Part shown: positions 1 through 16,100 of the stretch, one piece after another
Numbering within the stretch: position 1 is the stretch's first letter
Layout of the letters: every line of letters starts with the position of its first letter
DNA from: Felis catus
Taxonomy: Eukaryota
Assembly (NCBI RefSeq): GCF_018350175.1
Contig: NC_058369.1
Span: 17,734,001 to 17,798,000 of the forward strand
DNA length: 64,000 nucleotides
Direction of reading: 5' to 3'
The notes under the pieces: generated by a model
What the model saw: only the letters and a program-made list of their open reading frames with translations
The model's database searches: none
Told to the model about the DNA's origin: nothing
Made by a program: the position numbers and the translations under genes

Positions 1-135
1 ACCATCTAGGGAAATGTTAAAAATATTAACTATAATGATGGTTGAACAACACTGTGAATATACTAAAACCACTTAAGTGTACCCATTAAATAGGTGAACT
101 GTATTGTATGTGAATGGTATCTCAATAAAACCATT
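1..135 (+). mobile_element. Old L1 (L1MB-like) 3' end fragment
   Basis: GATGGTTGAACAACACTGTGAATATACTAAAACCACT...CTCAATAAAA resembles L1M 3' termini. Confidence 0.6.
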
Positions 136-138
136 ACT

Positions 139-218
139 TTTTTTTAAAGTAATCTCTACACCCAACCTAGGGCTTGAACTCAAGAGTCACATGCTACACC
201 AACCAAGCCAGCTAGGTG
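139..218 (-). mobile_element. Short tRNA-head SINE
   Basis: Reverse complement GGCACCTAGCTGGCTTGGTTGGTGTAGCATGTGACTCTTGA...; AAAACCATTACTT is duplicated at ~127-139 and ~246-258. Confidence 0.7.
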
Positions 219-276
219 CCGCTCCTCCCACTGCTTTTTCCCCCCAAAACCATTACTTAAAAAACCAATCAACTAG

Positions 277-486
277 GGGTGCCTGGGTGGCTCAGTTGCT
301 TAAGCAGCCACCTCTTGGCTTTGGCTTAGGTCATGATCTCACGGTTGGTGAATTTGAGCCCCAGGTCAGGCTCTGTGTTGACTGTGTGGAGACTGCTTGG
401 GATTCTCTTTCCCTCTCTCTCTGCCTCACTCTCTTTCTCTCTCAAAATAAATAAATAAAGTTTAAATAAGAAAAAAAAAAAAAAAA
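277..486 (+). mobile_element. Can-SINE (SINEC, feliform type)
   Basis: GGGGTGCCTGGGTGGCTCAG head, (CT)n tract, A-tail; TSD CCAATCAACTA. Confidence 0.9.
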
Positions 487-499
487 CCCAATCAACTAT

Positions 500-1645
500 A
501 TTCTGACTTTTCCAGCCCAGACCTCTCCTATAGATTCCAGGCTCATTTACTGAACCACCGAATCCACAACTCAGCTTGGAAGGTTAATGAGGATCTTATC
601 TTCCCTTCCCAACTTGCCTTTCCCATAGCCTTCTCCATCTTGGTTGATAGAAACTTCCAAATCCATGTCAGACCAAAAACCTCAAATCATCCCTGACCCC
701 TTGCTTTCCCTCCCATCTCATACCCAATCCATCAGCAAATGCTTCTTCCTTTCTAAAACCAAAATCCCTTTTCCTCTTAGCCGCCCCCCGCCCCCCCACT
801 GCTACCACTTGGTCCCAGTGACTAACATATTTTACTATAACATCCTTCTGACAGGTCTCCCTGCTCCTACTCTAGCCCCTACAATCTATCGTCAACAGAG
901 CAGCCAGTAGCCTTTTCAAAACACAGGCCAGGCCATGTCTCTCTCTGCTCAAACTCTCTAATCGTTCCACATTTCTCTCAATGTAAACGCCAAATTTTCT
1001 CCATGGTCTACAGGACATCTACCTCCTGGCTCTCAGTCTTCTCTGACCTCATCTCCCACAAGAATACTTTCCTCACTCTACTCCAATCATATGGACCTTT
1101 TTTCTCCCAGCTTTATTGACATAAAAATGACATATAAATTGACATATCACTGTGTAAGTTTAAGATATACAACGTGACGATTTGATACACTTGATAGACG
1201 TATATACTGCTAAACGTATACCACAATAAGGTTAGCTAACACATCGTTGAAGTAATTACCATGCATGGACTTTCGTGATGTTGCTGCAACACACTAGACG
1301 ATCCCCGCACAAGGCCTTCACACCAGCTATCTGCCCTGCTTGCTCCCTTCTCTTTTCCAAGTCCTGCTCATATGTCATTGCCAAGGACTCCCATCCCAGC
1401 ACCCTCTACCCATTCTGTCCACCTTATTTTTCTCCAAGCATGTATCACGTGACCTGCGATATGTATTTCAATTATTTACTTTGCTTACAGGCTGTCTCAC
1501 CTCCCAGAATGTCAGCTCTGCCAGGGCTGGCATCCATTTGCTGATGGATTGGGTATGAGATGTGTTTTGTTCACTGCTGCATCCTCAGTGCCCCCATAAA
1601 ACTGTCTGCATGACACTCAACAAAAACCTATTGAATGAATAAACA
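500..1645. mobile_element. L2 relic interrupted by an antisense L1 3' fragment (~1098-1260)
   Basis: L2-like motifs (CAGCCCAGACCTCTC, GGTCTCCCTGCT, terminal TTGAATGAAT). The insert begins T-rich (CAGCTTTATTGAC) and has degenerate ATGGAC flanks. Confidence 0.6.
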
Positions 1646-1679
1646 TAATTTGCAAAAAGTTGCACCTCGGCTATATTAA

Positions 1680-3804
<2,125 letters not shown>

Positions 3805-3938
3805 GCCGTCCCTTGTACCTGAGGCAATGGTGATCTTTAATTCCATTCCTGTTTAAACATCTGGATTTCCTGCCATAGCATCTGTTGCCACCTATAGATA
3901 GAATGAAGTGTTGTCTTAGATCCTGTTGTACATTTAAG

Positions 3939-3944
3939 AATAAA
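3939..3944 (+). terminator. TMA7: TMA7 polyadenylation signal AATAAA
   Basis: Canonical hexamer ~135 nt after the stop codon; a second AATAAA follows ~25 nt later. Confidence 0.7.
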
Positions 3945-6279
3945 CTTTTGTAAAAAAATAATAATAATAAAATCAGTGGCTCATGTTCTCTTATCATTCA
4001 GTCATTTCTGCCTTTGTTGTGAGGTCAGAGTAAACCTAGCCCGAAGTCCTGCCAGTGTGTGCTCTTCACTCTTTGTTCTGTCCTGAACTCTGTTCCACCT
4101 GGAATTAAACCAACTCATTTGAAATGGTTGTTTTTTTATAGTTGTATACCCAATGGAATACAATACACGAGGCTAATGCAAGAATATGTACTTTGGGGGA
4201 AAAAAGCATCTTTCTCTGTTACGACCTCCACATTGCCATTTGTTGTAATGGGATTGTTCATCTTTCATGTGGGCATCCTGCACATACACCGAAGAGTGAT
4301 TCCTGTTTTCAACAAATTTCTCTGTTGTGGAAGAGGGCAACATTGTTACATACAATATACATTATAAAGGGAATAAAACCGGAAAGGAGAGACTTTCTGA
4401 AAGTTTCTAAGAACCAAGTTTATCCTGAACCCCCCTGCCCCTGGTCTGCATTTACACTAGGGCTTCAGAAAGGTCCTTGCTAAGTTTCCTTGCTAGGGAA
4501 TGATGAGTATCCCACATTCAACCCATCAGCAAAATTCAGTCTGGCCCCTACATACTTCCTCCAGTATCACTCCCCCATTCTAACCTAAAATCCCTCACCT
4601 GGATTATTGCAGTCATATCCAAATTTGTCTTCCTACCCCTACCCTTGCTCCTCTACAGTTTAACCTTCACTGAAGACAGGATGGTCTTGCTAAACCATAA
4701 AGTCATACTTTTGTCTCTTCTTGGCTCAGAATTCTTCAGTGGCTTCTTAGGAAAAAGCTAGAGTCCCTACAATGACCAGTCAGGCCCTAAGGGATCTGGA
4801 TGCCACTCCCTATCCTTGGATATTCACCATTCATCCCCTGGTCCATCTTGCACAATGGCCTACATCGCAAGCAAGCTGCCTCACCGTTTTCACCAACTCT
4901 TGCCTCTGCCTGTCACTCATTTGTATACTGGAGACTACCTCCCTTCCTTTAGAGGACTAAAAGTAGTGCACTCGTCCCTTACCACTCTATATGAAGTAGT
5001 AGTCCCAATTGTTTGTTTCATTTTTTTCTCCTAATATTTGTTGATTATCACCCTTGACTCTAGGAGGAGTAAACTGAAGGAGACAGAGGCCATAATGTAT
5101 ACTAAATGCATATATATATTGCATTCACATATATATAGAGAGAGAGACAGGGAGGGAGAGAGAAACAATTCAGAGGCACAAGTCTTTGGATTTCCCCTCT
5201 AGGCCCTTGATAACACTGTAAATTATGCTAATAATGCTAAGCTATCTCTGACCATTTGTTTCTGGAACTATTCAGATCTTGCTAAGTCAAAACTGGAAAA
5301 GGTTTTTATAGATTGAAGTCTGTTTTACGACTCCAAGGTACTTAACAGGAGAGGATAAAGGGCCTACTTTGGTCCTCTCCTGGAAAGTTCCACAGCCTGC
5401 ACACCTTTGGACTTCAGGCATTCCCTGTAGGGCTGAGAACAGCCCTTCTTTGCCAGTGCCAGCACATTGCCCCTGACAGCTACTACTGTTATTTGGTGGA
5501 ACCTAATCCTTCCTGACAAATGAAGTACAATCCTATCTCTTTACAAGACCAGAAACCCGCAGTAATGAAGATTTAAGCATTCAACATTTGGGCATCTGTC
5601 TGAAGGAACCTACTAGTTGTCTCAAAAACTAAACTCAGGTATTCAAGACCTTCCAAATCCTGACAACTGTATCCCTTTCATTTACTGTTTTCATAAACAT
5701 TCATAGGACACTTACAAGCTAAGTTTGGCACTGTGCAAGAAACAACCCGTTCCTGCTAACTGTCCTGCACACCACCGCTGCCTAATAAAATCCTGCCCGA
5801 GTCCTGCTCCTTTTTGAAGCCTTACCTTCTCTCTTTGCCATAACTCCTACCTGGCATTTGTGTGGACTCCGTGTTGGTGTCCTATTCTTGTCTGAATAGG
5901 CTTGTATGCCAGCCTCCTTGCTAACTCGATAACTCCTGCTCAACCCGGAGGACAACCCAGGTGCCACTTCCAAGGGGCCTTTCTTGACCTCCTGAGCCTT
6001 ACTCATTTATGACATGTCCTTGGGACAAAAACACTCAGCCACTCTCAGAGAAATGAATGTTAACAGTCTGACAGTTCCCACATTCTCCAACACAGGCACA
6101 TCGTTCTCAGGATCACCCCCTCTTCCTTACACCTTTCTTCCCCAAACCTACCTTAAATGCACACATTCAAAACATTTACTGTTCTCTAAGATGTCTGCTC
6201 ACAAAAGCTGTATTCATACTCTTCACCCAACCCCGCTCTCCCAGACTCTTTCCTCCCCGAGAGAGCCTCTGGGTATGTG

Positions 6280-7170
6280 AGAGGTGAGTCCAGCGGGAGG
6301 AAAACAGCGAAGTCGCAGAGACCAAACCCCTGAATGCTGCGGGTCTCGATTCACAGGTGTACGTGTGAATGTCAGGGCGAACTCCACCAAGGCTGTATAC
6401 TGGATGCCAGGGAGGGGCGCGGAGGCCCCCGCGCTGTAAGGCTGGTGAGCCTCGGCTCTGCTCTCCAGTAACGTGGATAGCGGTGCACAACGCCCGCCAC
6501 TCGCCTACGGACAGCCAGCCGCCGGTATTTGAGCACCAGGCAGAACTGGGCTGGGAGGGCGGGGCAACACCTAGAAAGGCCGGCACTCAGCGGAGCACGG
6601 CGACGCGTTCAGATTCGGTCATTCTTCCGCGCTCTCCGGCTGGCAGCCGATTCGCCCGTGGGCTCGGGGCGGGGGGCCCTAGCGGCTGAGGCGAGCGGCG
6701 GCGCGCGGGCGGTTGGTCCAGCCCTCTGGTCTCGCGGCGACCAGGCCTTACTCGGTGCCCTGGGAGACTGACCAGCGGAGGCATGGCTGGAACCCCCGCG
6801 CCGGGCAGCAGGAGGCGGAGCGGGCTTCCGGCGCCTAGCTCTGGCCCGCCGCCCAGCACCGGGCACCCTCCGAGCAAGCGAGCCCGAGGCTTCCCCGCAG
6901 CCGCTGCCCCGGACCCCGAAGACCCGTTCGGCGCGCACGGGGATTTCACCGCTGACGACCTGGAGGAACTCGACACCCTCGCGTCGCAGGCCCTGAGCCA
7001 GTGCCCGGCCGCTCCTCGGGACTTGTCCAGTGAGTGCGCCTCGGGGCCTTTTCCCGGAGGGTGGTGCAGATCTCGCCAGAACTACGTGATGGCTGTGGCT
7101 TCGGAACCCCACGGCGACCGCTGACCCAGTGTCTTGCACCCACGCTGCCGTTCTCAAAATATAGGAACGG
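6280..7170. promoter_or_regulatory. CpG-island promoter and exon 1 of ATRIP
   Basis: High CpG/GC content; GC boxes (GGGCGGGG near 6556 and 6666) upstream of the ATG at 6783. Confidence 0.8.
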
Positions 7171-10100
7171 CTTCATTTAGGCACAGGTTGTGTTCCAAAA
7201 GGTCCTTTGAGTTGTGGGAGTACTGTATTAAGAATGTCAAAACAGCCAATTTGAAATACAGAAAGTTCAGTTAACCTTTTCCTGTAGTTAAAATTTGGGC
7301 CACCAAGTTCTTGGTTCTAGGCAAAGATCCTTGGAACACAACCACCATCATCAGAACCGTCACTACCTACCCATGGGGACCCATTCTTGCGACAGGTTTA
7401 AGAGGCTTTAGATCTAACGAAGATTACTGTCCTCCTTGGGCCACATGAACATAAGAAGGGCCTAGCTGAGGCAAGAGATGAAAGAGGTTTATTCCGTTAT
7501 ACAACCAGTAAATTGTACTAGGTGTCCAAAACCTTAGGAACTGCAGCACACTTAGCAATGAGCAGAAGACAAAAACTCCTTTCCTCGGGAGCTTCCTTTC
7601 TAGCTGGGGAGTGAGTGAAGTCTTGTGGGGCTCACAGAAGGAGAAACGTTTTGAGGGCATCTTGCATCTGTACTTGGATATCTCACAGGCATCTTAAATC
7701 CCACACATTCATCTGGGAGTCCAGTCATTCTCCAGTATTGCCAGCATGGTGCCTGGCAAAGCAGACATTCAGAAAACGTTCATTAATGACCAAATATTCT
7801 GTACAACCGTGACTACTACCGGTCTCCATCAGGTGGCACAAAGCAACAGTTCCTCTTCCTTGACCATACATCTAATCCCTTGCCAAGTCCTGTAACTCTA
7901 TCTTCTTTATCCATCTCTGGAACCCATCCTCTTTCCATTATCTCTACCATTCTCCCTGATCTGTGTTACAATCATTCCTTCCTCTGGATGATCATCTGCT
8001 AAATGGTCTCCCCGTTGCCAGTCTTGACTCCCTATAAGTCAGACTTCACACTACAGCCAGAGTGATCTTTTCAGAACTCAAATCTGGCTTTGTCTCACAT
8101 AGATACAAGTGCGCATCCCTGCTGAAAGCCTTTTCATAGCTTCCCACTGTCTCCAGTATAAAGATCAAAGTCCATATCATGGCCTACAAGGCCCAGCATG
8201 GTCTGGCCCTTTCCCACTCTCTCTGGGTTCAAGCCACACTGACCTGCCTTCATTTCTTGAATTCTCCCGACTTCCTTACAATACAAAAATTGCACATTGC
8301 TGTTTCTCATACACGGAGTATTCTTCCCATCCATTCCCCATCCCCACTCATCTGCTTAATTCCTGCTTGTTTAGCGCTCACCTCAGTCATCACTTCCTTG
8401 GGAAGCCTTCCAGTCATTCCAGTTGGATCCATATACTTGGCTTTCCTATACTTGTTCTCTTGTGTAGCTCTTATCACAGTTGTAATTTTACATTTATTTA
8501 ATTATTTTTGAATGTCCTCTAAGCTCCATGAGCGTAAGGACTGTATCCATTTTGCTCACCACTGTACCTTTAGAGGCTAGACTGTGCCCGGTGCTCAGTA
8601 GGTATAGGTATAGGTGCTCAGTAAATATTGTCGAATAACAGATCACCAAGTTCTGACCAGTGAGGTTCCCACAGCACCTTTTCAGCCTTTAGATGATACT
8701 CTTAAAATTGAGGGGTGGGGAGTAGGGGGAGGCAGGATCTGTTTGTCATTTCATAAGGATCATTTATGAGTTTGAATCACGTTCTTAGGTTGGAAAATAC
8801 CTATACTGCTTACTAGATCTTTCTCTAATTTGCTTTCAAGAGTGATTCTTTTCAGCATTGACTGGCAAAAGTGGGAAAGTGTTGGATCCAGAAAAGTATA
8901 TGGGAACTGTTTTTTTACAGATGTTCATAAGGTCCCCAGATTAGATGGGATGTCAAAAACTCCTGCAGGGAAAAACAGAGAATATGTTCCTGTTAAAGAG
9001 AATTTTGAATTAGAGGTACTTCAGGCACAATACAAAGAACTTAAAGAAAAGGTAAGTGACTTGTGGTTTTATAGCTAACGTATGCACTTATGCATGTGTT
9101 ATAAAGCACCGTAGAATAAACTATATAAAAGGTTTTTTTTAATGTTTATCTATTTTTGAGAGAAAGAGAGTGAGCAGGGGAGGGGCAGAGAGAGAGAGGG
9201 GGAGACACAGAATTTGAAGCAGGCTCCAGGCTCTGAGCTGTCAGCACAGAGCGTGACACAGGGCTTGAACCCACGAACCTGTGAGACCATGACCTGAGCC
9301 AAAGTCAGATGCTTAACCAACTGAGCCACCCAGGTACCCCTAAAATATATAAAAGTTTTAAAACAAGAGTCCAGGGGCACCTGGGTGGCTCGTCAGTTAA
9401 GCGACTGACTCTTGTTTTCAGCTCAGGTCATGATCTCATGGTTCATGGGTTCGAGCCCCACATCGGGCTCTGCGCATGAAAAGTGAGGAGCCTGCTTGGG
9501 ATGCTCTCTCTCCCTCCCTTTCTGCCCCTCCTCCGCTTGCTCTCCCTCTCTCAAATAAACTTAAAAAATAAAGTAAAACAGGAGTCGAGATTCATCCCCA
9601 TGAAATGAGGGAAGGCTGGGGAAAGAAAGGCAGAAAATTTAAACTGGAAGAAACCAAATCCTAGTTCCTAACAACTAGTCAACAAAGGAAACTGTACATC
9701 AGATCCAAAAAGTGATACAAACTTTCTGTCACAGCACTGAGACAAATTTATAGCATATGTCTTTTATAAGGAACACAACATCATAAAGGCTACTGTATTT
9801 GTTAGCAGTTTTACAAAAAAGCAGACATCCTTTATGTGACCATCTGTAGGTCCCTAGGAAAACTAGAAACATAGTATGAAACTTGAGATCTGTGAAGTGT
9901 GTGACCCAGATTGTTTAATACTTACTAGAACCTACAGAATCTGCATGTGTGAATGACAGTGTCTCCTTAAGCTTTCTGAATGTCACCTGTCCCACAAATG
10001 GGCCTAGCAGACCATAGTGGTAACTAGTTGGTATGGATACATTTTGAGAACTCATCGGTCTGTAGAACATAGTTTACATGTGCTTTCTCTGTCTCCCTAG

Positions 10101-13100
10101 CTATATGTTGAAACAAGTACATATATAACTTTCCCTTATAAGCTTTTCACAAGATTGATTTTGGATTTACAGATGAAAGCAATGGAAGAAGAAGTTCTCA
10201 TTAAAAATGGAGAAATAAAAATTTTGCGGGACTCATTGCATCAGACAGAATCCATTCTAGAGGAACAGAGAAGATCACATTTCCTCCTTGAACAAGAGAA
10301 AACTCAAGTGCTCAGTGACAAAGAAAAGGAATTTTCAAAAAAGGTGACCCAGAACTGTTTCCCCCCCCCCTTTTTTTCCCCCCTTGTTCTAGACACAAGC
10401 TTTGCCTGCTCACTGAGTTCTTTTAGAAGCAATAATGACCAAAGAGCCTGTAAATCTTCCAGGAAGATTTCAACAGTTTTTTTTTTTTTTTGTCTTAAAT
10501 AATTTCTAATATATGCATATACTTTTTTTTCCAGGCTCTGCATGAGGTTTGTAAAAGGACTTAGTTGAAACTGCTTTGCTGTGGTAGTTGTGGTAGGTGG
10601 TCTTGGCAGGAATAAATCAATAGCTTAGACTTTCCAGAAATAGACTTAAGTAAGAGCTTTTTGGCAGATCAGAAACTCAGTTGACCTAGCTTAGGCCAAA
10701 AGGAAATGTATTGACTTCTATACCTAAGTCTGGGAAAAAACAGGTGTGCTGGGGCCTTGAATGACTGGAGCCTTGCCAGGATTCATCTTTACTCCCTAGT
10801 CTACAGACAGACTCCATTCTTATGGTAAAGGATGTGTTCTCCAGAAGCTCCTGGGCTCCTATTTCATAGCTCCAGAGCAGACTGAAAACTTGGGCTCCTT
10901 CATCTCAAGGCTCTAATTGTTCTAACCTGGGTCAGGTGCCTGTCCCTGACCCAATCACTGTAACCACAGAGATGACAGCTCCCATTTAAATCACATAGAG
11001 GTAGGGAGGGGCACCTGGGTGGCTCAATCGGTTGGTCATCCGACTTCGGCTCGGGTCATGATCTCACAGTTCGTGAGTTCGAGCCCCACTTTGGGCTCTG
11101 TGCTGACAGCTCAGAGCCTGGATCCTGCTTCGGATTCTGTGTCTCCCTCTCTCTCTGCCCTTCCCCCATTCACGCTCTGTCTCTCTGTGTCTCTCAAAAA
11201 TGAATAAACGTTAAAAAATTTTTTTAAATCACATAGAGGTAGGGACATGATTGTTTCTCAAGGGAGGGAGTTGCTGTTTTGGGAAGAAATTAATAGGTGT
11301 CCATACATACTGCCACTTGCCTTCAGCACTTCCCAAGGCTTCAGTCTCAAGGAATGGATCTTATTCTGCCCTCCATTAGCAAATTAGCAAACTTTAAAGA
11401 AGCACTAACCTGTGCCCAGCACTAACAGCAGTAGTTTTCCTTCCGCATCCATGATGAAGAGCAAGGGAGTTGTAATCAGACAAACTAGAGTTTGAATCCT
11501 GGCTTTATCACATATGATAAATGGCGACCTCAGGGTAGTGACTTCAGCTCTGTGATTCATTTCCATTATCTGTCCCAGGAAATAACTAGAAGGGTTGCTG
11601 TAAGACTTAGCCCCACACTTACTGTGACTGGTGCTGTGACTGGTGCCATACAGGCACAGAGTGTGCTCAGGGAATAATAGCAGTTACTGCTGGCCATGGG
11701 CTGGAGCAGGTCTCCCCGTGCTGCGTGGCGTTTTGGTAAAATTTCAAGAAGACCTGGAATTGTGCACCATTATGTCCATTAAAAGGTTAACATGTTACTG
11801 TGAGATAAGGCGCCTCACCAAGCTCTAGGCTGGGCATTTCACATTCATCCTTCCTATTTAATCCCCCCTAACCACAAAGACAGGGGTTTGTGTTACAGAT
11901 AAGCCAAAGTTTAAAGAGGCCGAGTAAATGGTATTTGAACCTTCACAAACTACCTTGCAACAGTTCAGGTCAAAATGTCTTTCTAGAATACCATGCTGTC
12001 TTTGAGGAGGAAGGGGAAAGCTTGATATTATAGGGCATCTATGTCACAGCAAACTTTTATACTTATTTCTCATTGTTTGTTTTCCTTTATGAGCTTGAGA
12101 CTTTGAAGCCCAGAGATATTTTTGCACGGATGATGGGTTACCATGAGTGTGTTGCTTTTGCCTTCCAGCTCCAATCATTGCAGTCCGAACTCCAATTTAA
12201 AGATGCTGAGATGAATGAATTAAGGACAAAGCTTCAAAGCAGTGAACGAGCAAATAAATTGGCTGCTCCCTCCATTCTCCATGCCAGGTAATGATGATGC
12301 TGGAAGGAGAGTTGTTTTGCATGGTTTATTAGAAAGTCTGAGTAACAATGTCAGGTTAGTCTTGAACGAAGGCTGTTTAAACTTTGCCATTTGGACATAG
12401 ATCCTCTTTCCCGAAGGCCTCAAAGGTGGTTTAGATGAGGCTTGAATGGTTTGGTGCATCACCGCATAAAGGCCTCACACTCTAGAAGGGCTTCCTCTAT
12501 AGGACTTTATACTCAGGACTAAAAAAGGGCTGGGAAGATGCTCTCTAAACTTTTGGGGTGACCCAGTCTTCATTTTTATGTAATGTGTTTCAAATAATCA
12601 GTTTTGCCCCAAGTGTGAGCGTATTTCAGTCCCAACTACTTGGAATATTTTTTCTCATTTACTGCCTTGGGACCTTTGTCTAATAGCCCCTGCCTTTGCT
12701 GTAGATGTGATCAGCTTGTTAATGGTCCTGTCCTGCGCCTTGCCTGCCAGAGAAGTCTGGCACACCGTTGATATCAGCCTTGAATTTTGAACAGTGTGGG
12801 TCAGCGTGTCTTTTTCTGAATATTGAACATTCTGCTGCCTTTGTTCATAATGGACAGGGTATGAGATTAAACTCTTTTTGCCTAGCTTAGTCCAAATAAG
12901 ACAGGAGAGCAGAGGGGTCCATCCCCACCTCATCACACGTCTCTGACAGAAGGCTCTTGGTGTTGTCTGATGCACTCGGAGGGGGGGTTAAGACTGCTTC
13001 CCTAACACAAAACCCCTGGCACTGAGGAACGGGCTGTTTTCAAGTTGCAAAACACAACAACACGCCTTTTAATAGACCTTCTTTCTACTGAAAAATCTTT

Positions 13101-16100
13101 GAATCCAGCCCCTGGGAACGATTAAATAAGAGGCTGTTCCATATTAAAAAGATTTTGGTGGAATTGGAAGTTGTAATGGAATTATGGCCAATGTTTTGGG
13201 GTGATTATTAGAAGAATACAGAAATGAAAGAGTTTTTCCACCATCTGGATCAAAATGCCTTGAGTTTTGCACTGCTATCCTGACTGACAAAGAATGACTA
13301 ATATATAACAGATAAAAACCTTTGGTCAAAGCGCCTAGACATTGGCCATGGGCCGGAGCAGGTTTACCATTTAAACATTTAAACATGAAAAGTTTAACAT
13401 TTGTTAGAAGTTTTATAACCAGGTATTTTAAGTGGTTTTAGCAGAATCATTACTTTGCTTTCATAGTTAACTTTTTCCAGTCCTAGGAAAAGCCCTTCTG
13501 TGGCTATAAAGCCAGAAGCATGTTCTCCACAATTCGGAAAACCATCTTTCCCTACAAAGGAGTCTTTTAGTGCTAACATGTCCCTTCCCCACCCCTTCCA
13601 GACAGAGCCAGGATATAAGTCCCTGGTGGGCAGAGAGGGTAAGTCAGTCTGTCTGTCATCTGTTGCCGTGTAACCGATTATTCAACCTTGTGGCTTAAAA
13701 CAACAATAAGTACTCCTCCTGGTTCTGTGGGACAACAGTTCTGATAAAGAGGAGATGGTTTGTCCCTGTGGGGACTGGAATCACTGAAGGCTCGTCTGGG
13801 GCTGGAGGATCTATTCAGAGTGGCTCACTCACATGACTGGCAATGGAGTTCTTCTCCACACGTGGGTCTCTCTACGGAGCTACTTGGGTGATGTCATAAC
13901 CTGGTGGATGGCCTCCTCTAGAGCTAACAAACCAGAGAGAGCGAGGTGGAAGCTATCCCTTTTATGGCCTGGCCTCAGGAGTCCTATAGCATCACTTTTG
14001 CCACATTCTGTTTGTTAGAAACCATGTTCAACGGGAAGGAAACTAGGCTGCACCTTTTGAAGAGAAGTGTTTGTAGAATTTGCAGGCATATTTTAAAACC
14101 TCCCCAGTCACCATCCGTTGATGTGCCAGAAACACAGGTAGTATCAGGTACCTGTGTTCCTTGCAGCCTTGAGTTTATACAGCTCAGTCCAGACTGAGGG
14201 CATGCTACTGCCTTATAGAGGGACACAGTCTAGCATTGGTAGGTTTTTACTCTGAGAATATGCTGTGTCAGTTTATCTTACCATTCCAATACATCACCTC
14301 TCTCCTACCACCATCCACCTGTTCAAGTCGTTGGCCCTCATGCCACCTCTGAGGACCTCAACCACTCACATTTTTGGTACCTGGCAACTACAGGAACAGT
14401 ATAGGATGGTGTTGTGGGCAGGCACTGGAGCCCACCAGCCTGACAGGAGTCCCGGTCACACTACTTACTGGCTTGTGTGATTGGAGCAAGTCCCTTAACC
14501 CGTGCCTCAGTTTCTCTATATGTAAAATAGAGGAGATGACAACTCCTCTTCGGGTTGCTTTGAGGAACAGATGAGCTAACATGCGTACAGCTCTTAGAAC
14601 AGGGTTTGTCTGGCACATAATAAGTGTTCGTGGTTACTGCTTTCATGTTATTGCCTCCTTTTAAAGTGGAGCAAACAACTTTCTTTTCTTTTCCTTTCCT
14701 TGTATGAGTTCCTGTTTTTCATGAGGGAGGCAATGATGCAAGGGTTCTTGAGTTGCTCTGGTTCTTGATTTGATCCAAGGTTGAGGAAGTAGAACAATCT
14801 CTGTTTTAAATTCATTATGGGGTGCCTGGCTGGCCCAGTCCATAGAGCACGTGACTCTCGATCTCAGAGTTGTGCGTTCGAGCCCCGTATTGGGGGTAGA
14901 GTTTACTTAAAAAAAAAAAAAGAGAGAGAAAAAAATGAAACTCGGTACGTTCAAGAGTTTTGATATGCCTGTGCTTTTGTGCTCAAGTTTTGATTCACAT
15001 TTTATTTAGTTGTAGAGAATAAGAGCCACAATCTGGGAGGTGACCCCATTAAGCAAGAAGAGTCGCAGAAAAGACTTGTTGACAGCTGGATGCAGAGATC
15101 AAACACTCAAGGTACCAGAAGCCCTGCTCCATGTGCAGGAGGCCTGCACAGCTCTGGGCATCCTCTGCGGTGCTATGGTAGAATTGCCTCTGAGAAGCAG
15201 CACCCCAGGCAGTCCTTCAGAGGGGCCAGGGGATTAACAGTCTGTGACTTAGCAGAAGACTATAGCAGTTACATCCCAGAGCCCTCAGCACCCACAGGCA
15301 TCTCAGTGGGGCTTAGTGGCAGCTTAGAGGACAGTTAGCATCCAAGGAATCCTCACTTTTCCTTCTGAAGCCACAGAAAAGGCCTCCCTTGTCAGAACCT
15401 TCTAGAATCACCTTGTCTTTTGCAGGTTCCATTTTGATAAACCTTCTCCTGAAGCAGCCTTTGATCCCAGGGTCATCCCTAGGTCTGTGCCACCTCCTGA
15501 GCAGTTGTTCTGAGGCTCCTACCAGCACCCTACTGCAGCCACTGGGGTATGGCAGGTAAACCTCAGACTCCTGAAAAGCTGGGAGTTCCCAGGAAGCAAG
15601 TTCCTTTCTGGTCCTGGCCAGCCTGGGAGGTCTGTGTGCTGGGTGGGGAAACTAGAGAATTCTGTAGACAGGTTGTTTGGGGCCCTTGACCTTGTCTCCA
15701 CCTCACACTTGTATGTTTTCTTTTGTATTTGCTGCTAGTACCTTGACTGGGATTTCAAGCCTGAGGACCACGGGTTCTCGCGATGGGTCATTTCCCCACT
15801 TGGCCCTGAGAGAAGCACAGAACCTGGCACTTACTGGATTGAATCTGGTTGCCAGGGATGAAGGCTCATGTGATGGAGACCAAGCAGAGGGAGGCAGAAG
15901 GGCCTTCCCACTCTGCCAGCTTCCTGGGGCCGTGCATCTCCTCCCCCTGGTACAGTTCTTTATCGGCTTACACTGCCAGGCTCTGCACGATCTGGCAGCA
16001 GTCAAGAGAAGTGGAGCGCCTGCGGACTCACCGACAAGTTCCTCCTACGTGAGCTCTGGGGGAGAGGCCAGCCTTGAGGACTCACTTTGCAACCTGGAAG

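Noticed and set aside
6176..7176. Long overlapping ORFs on both strands around ATRIP exon 1 (likewise at 44090-44814 and 1829-2442)
   Set aside because: Stop codons are scarce in CpG islands; only the spliced frames match known proteins.
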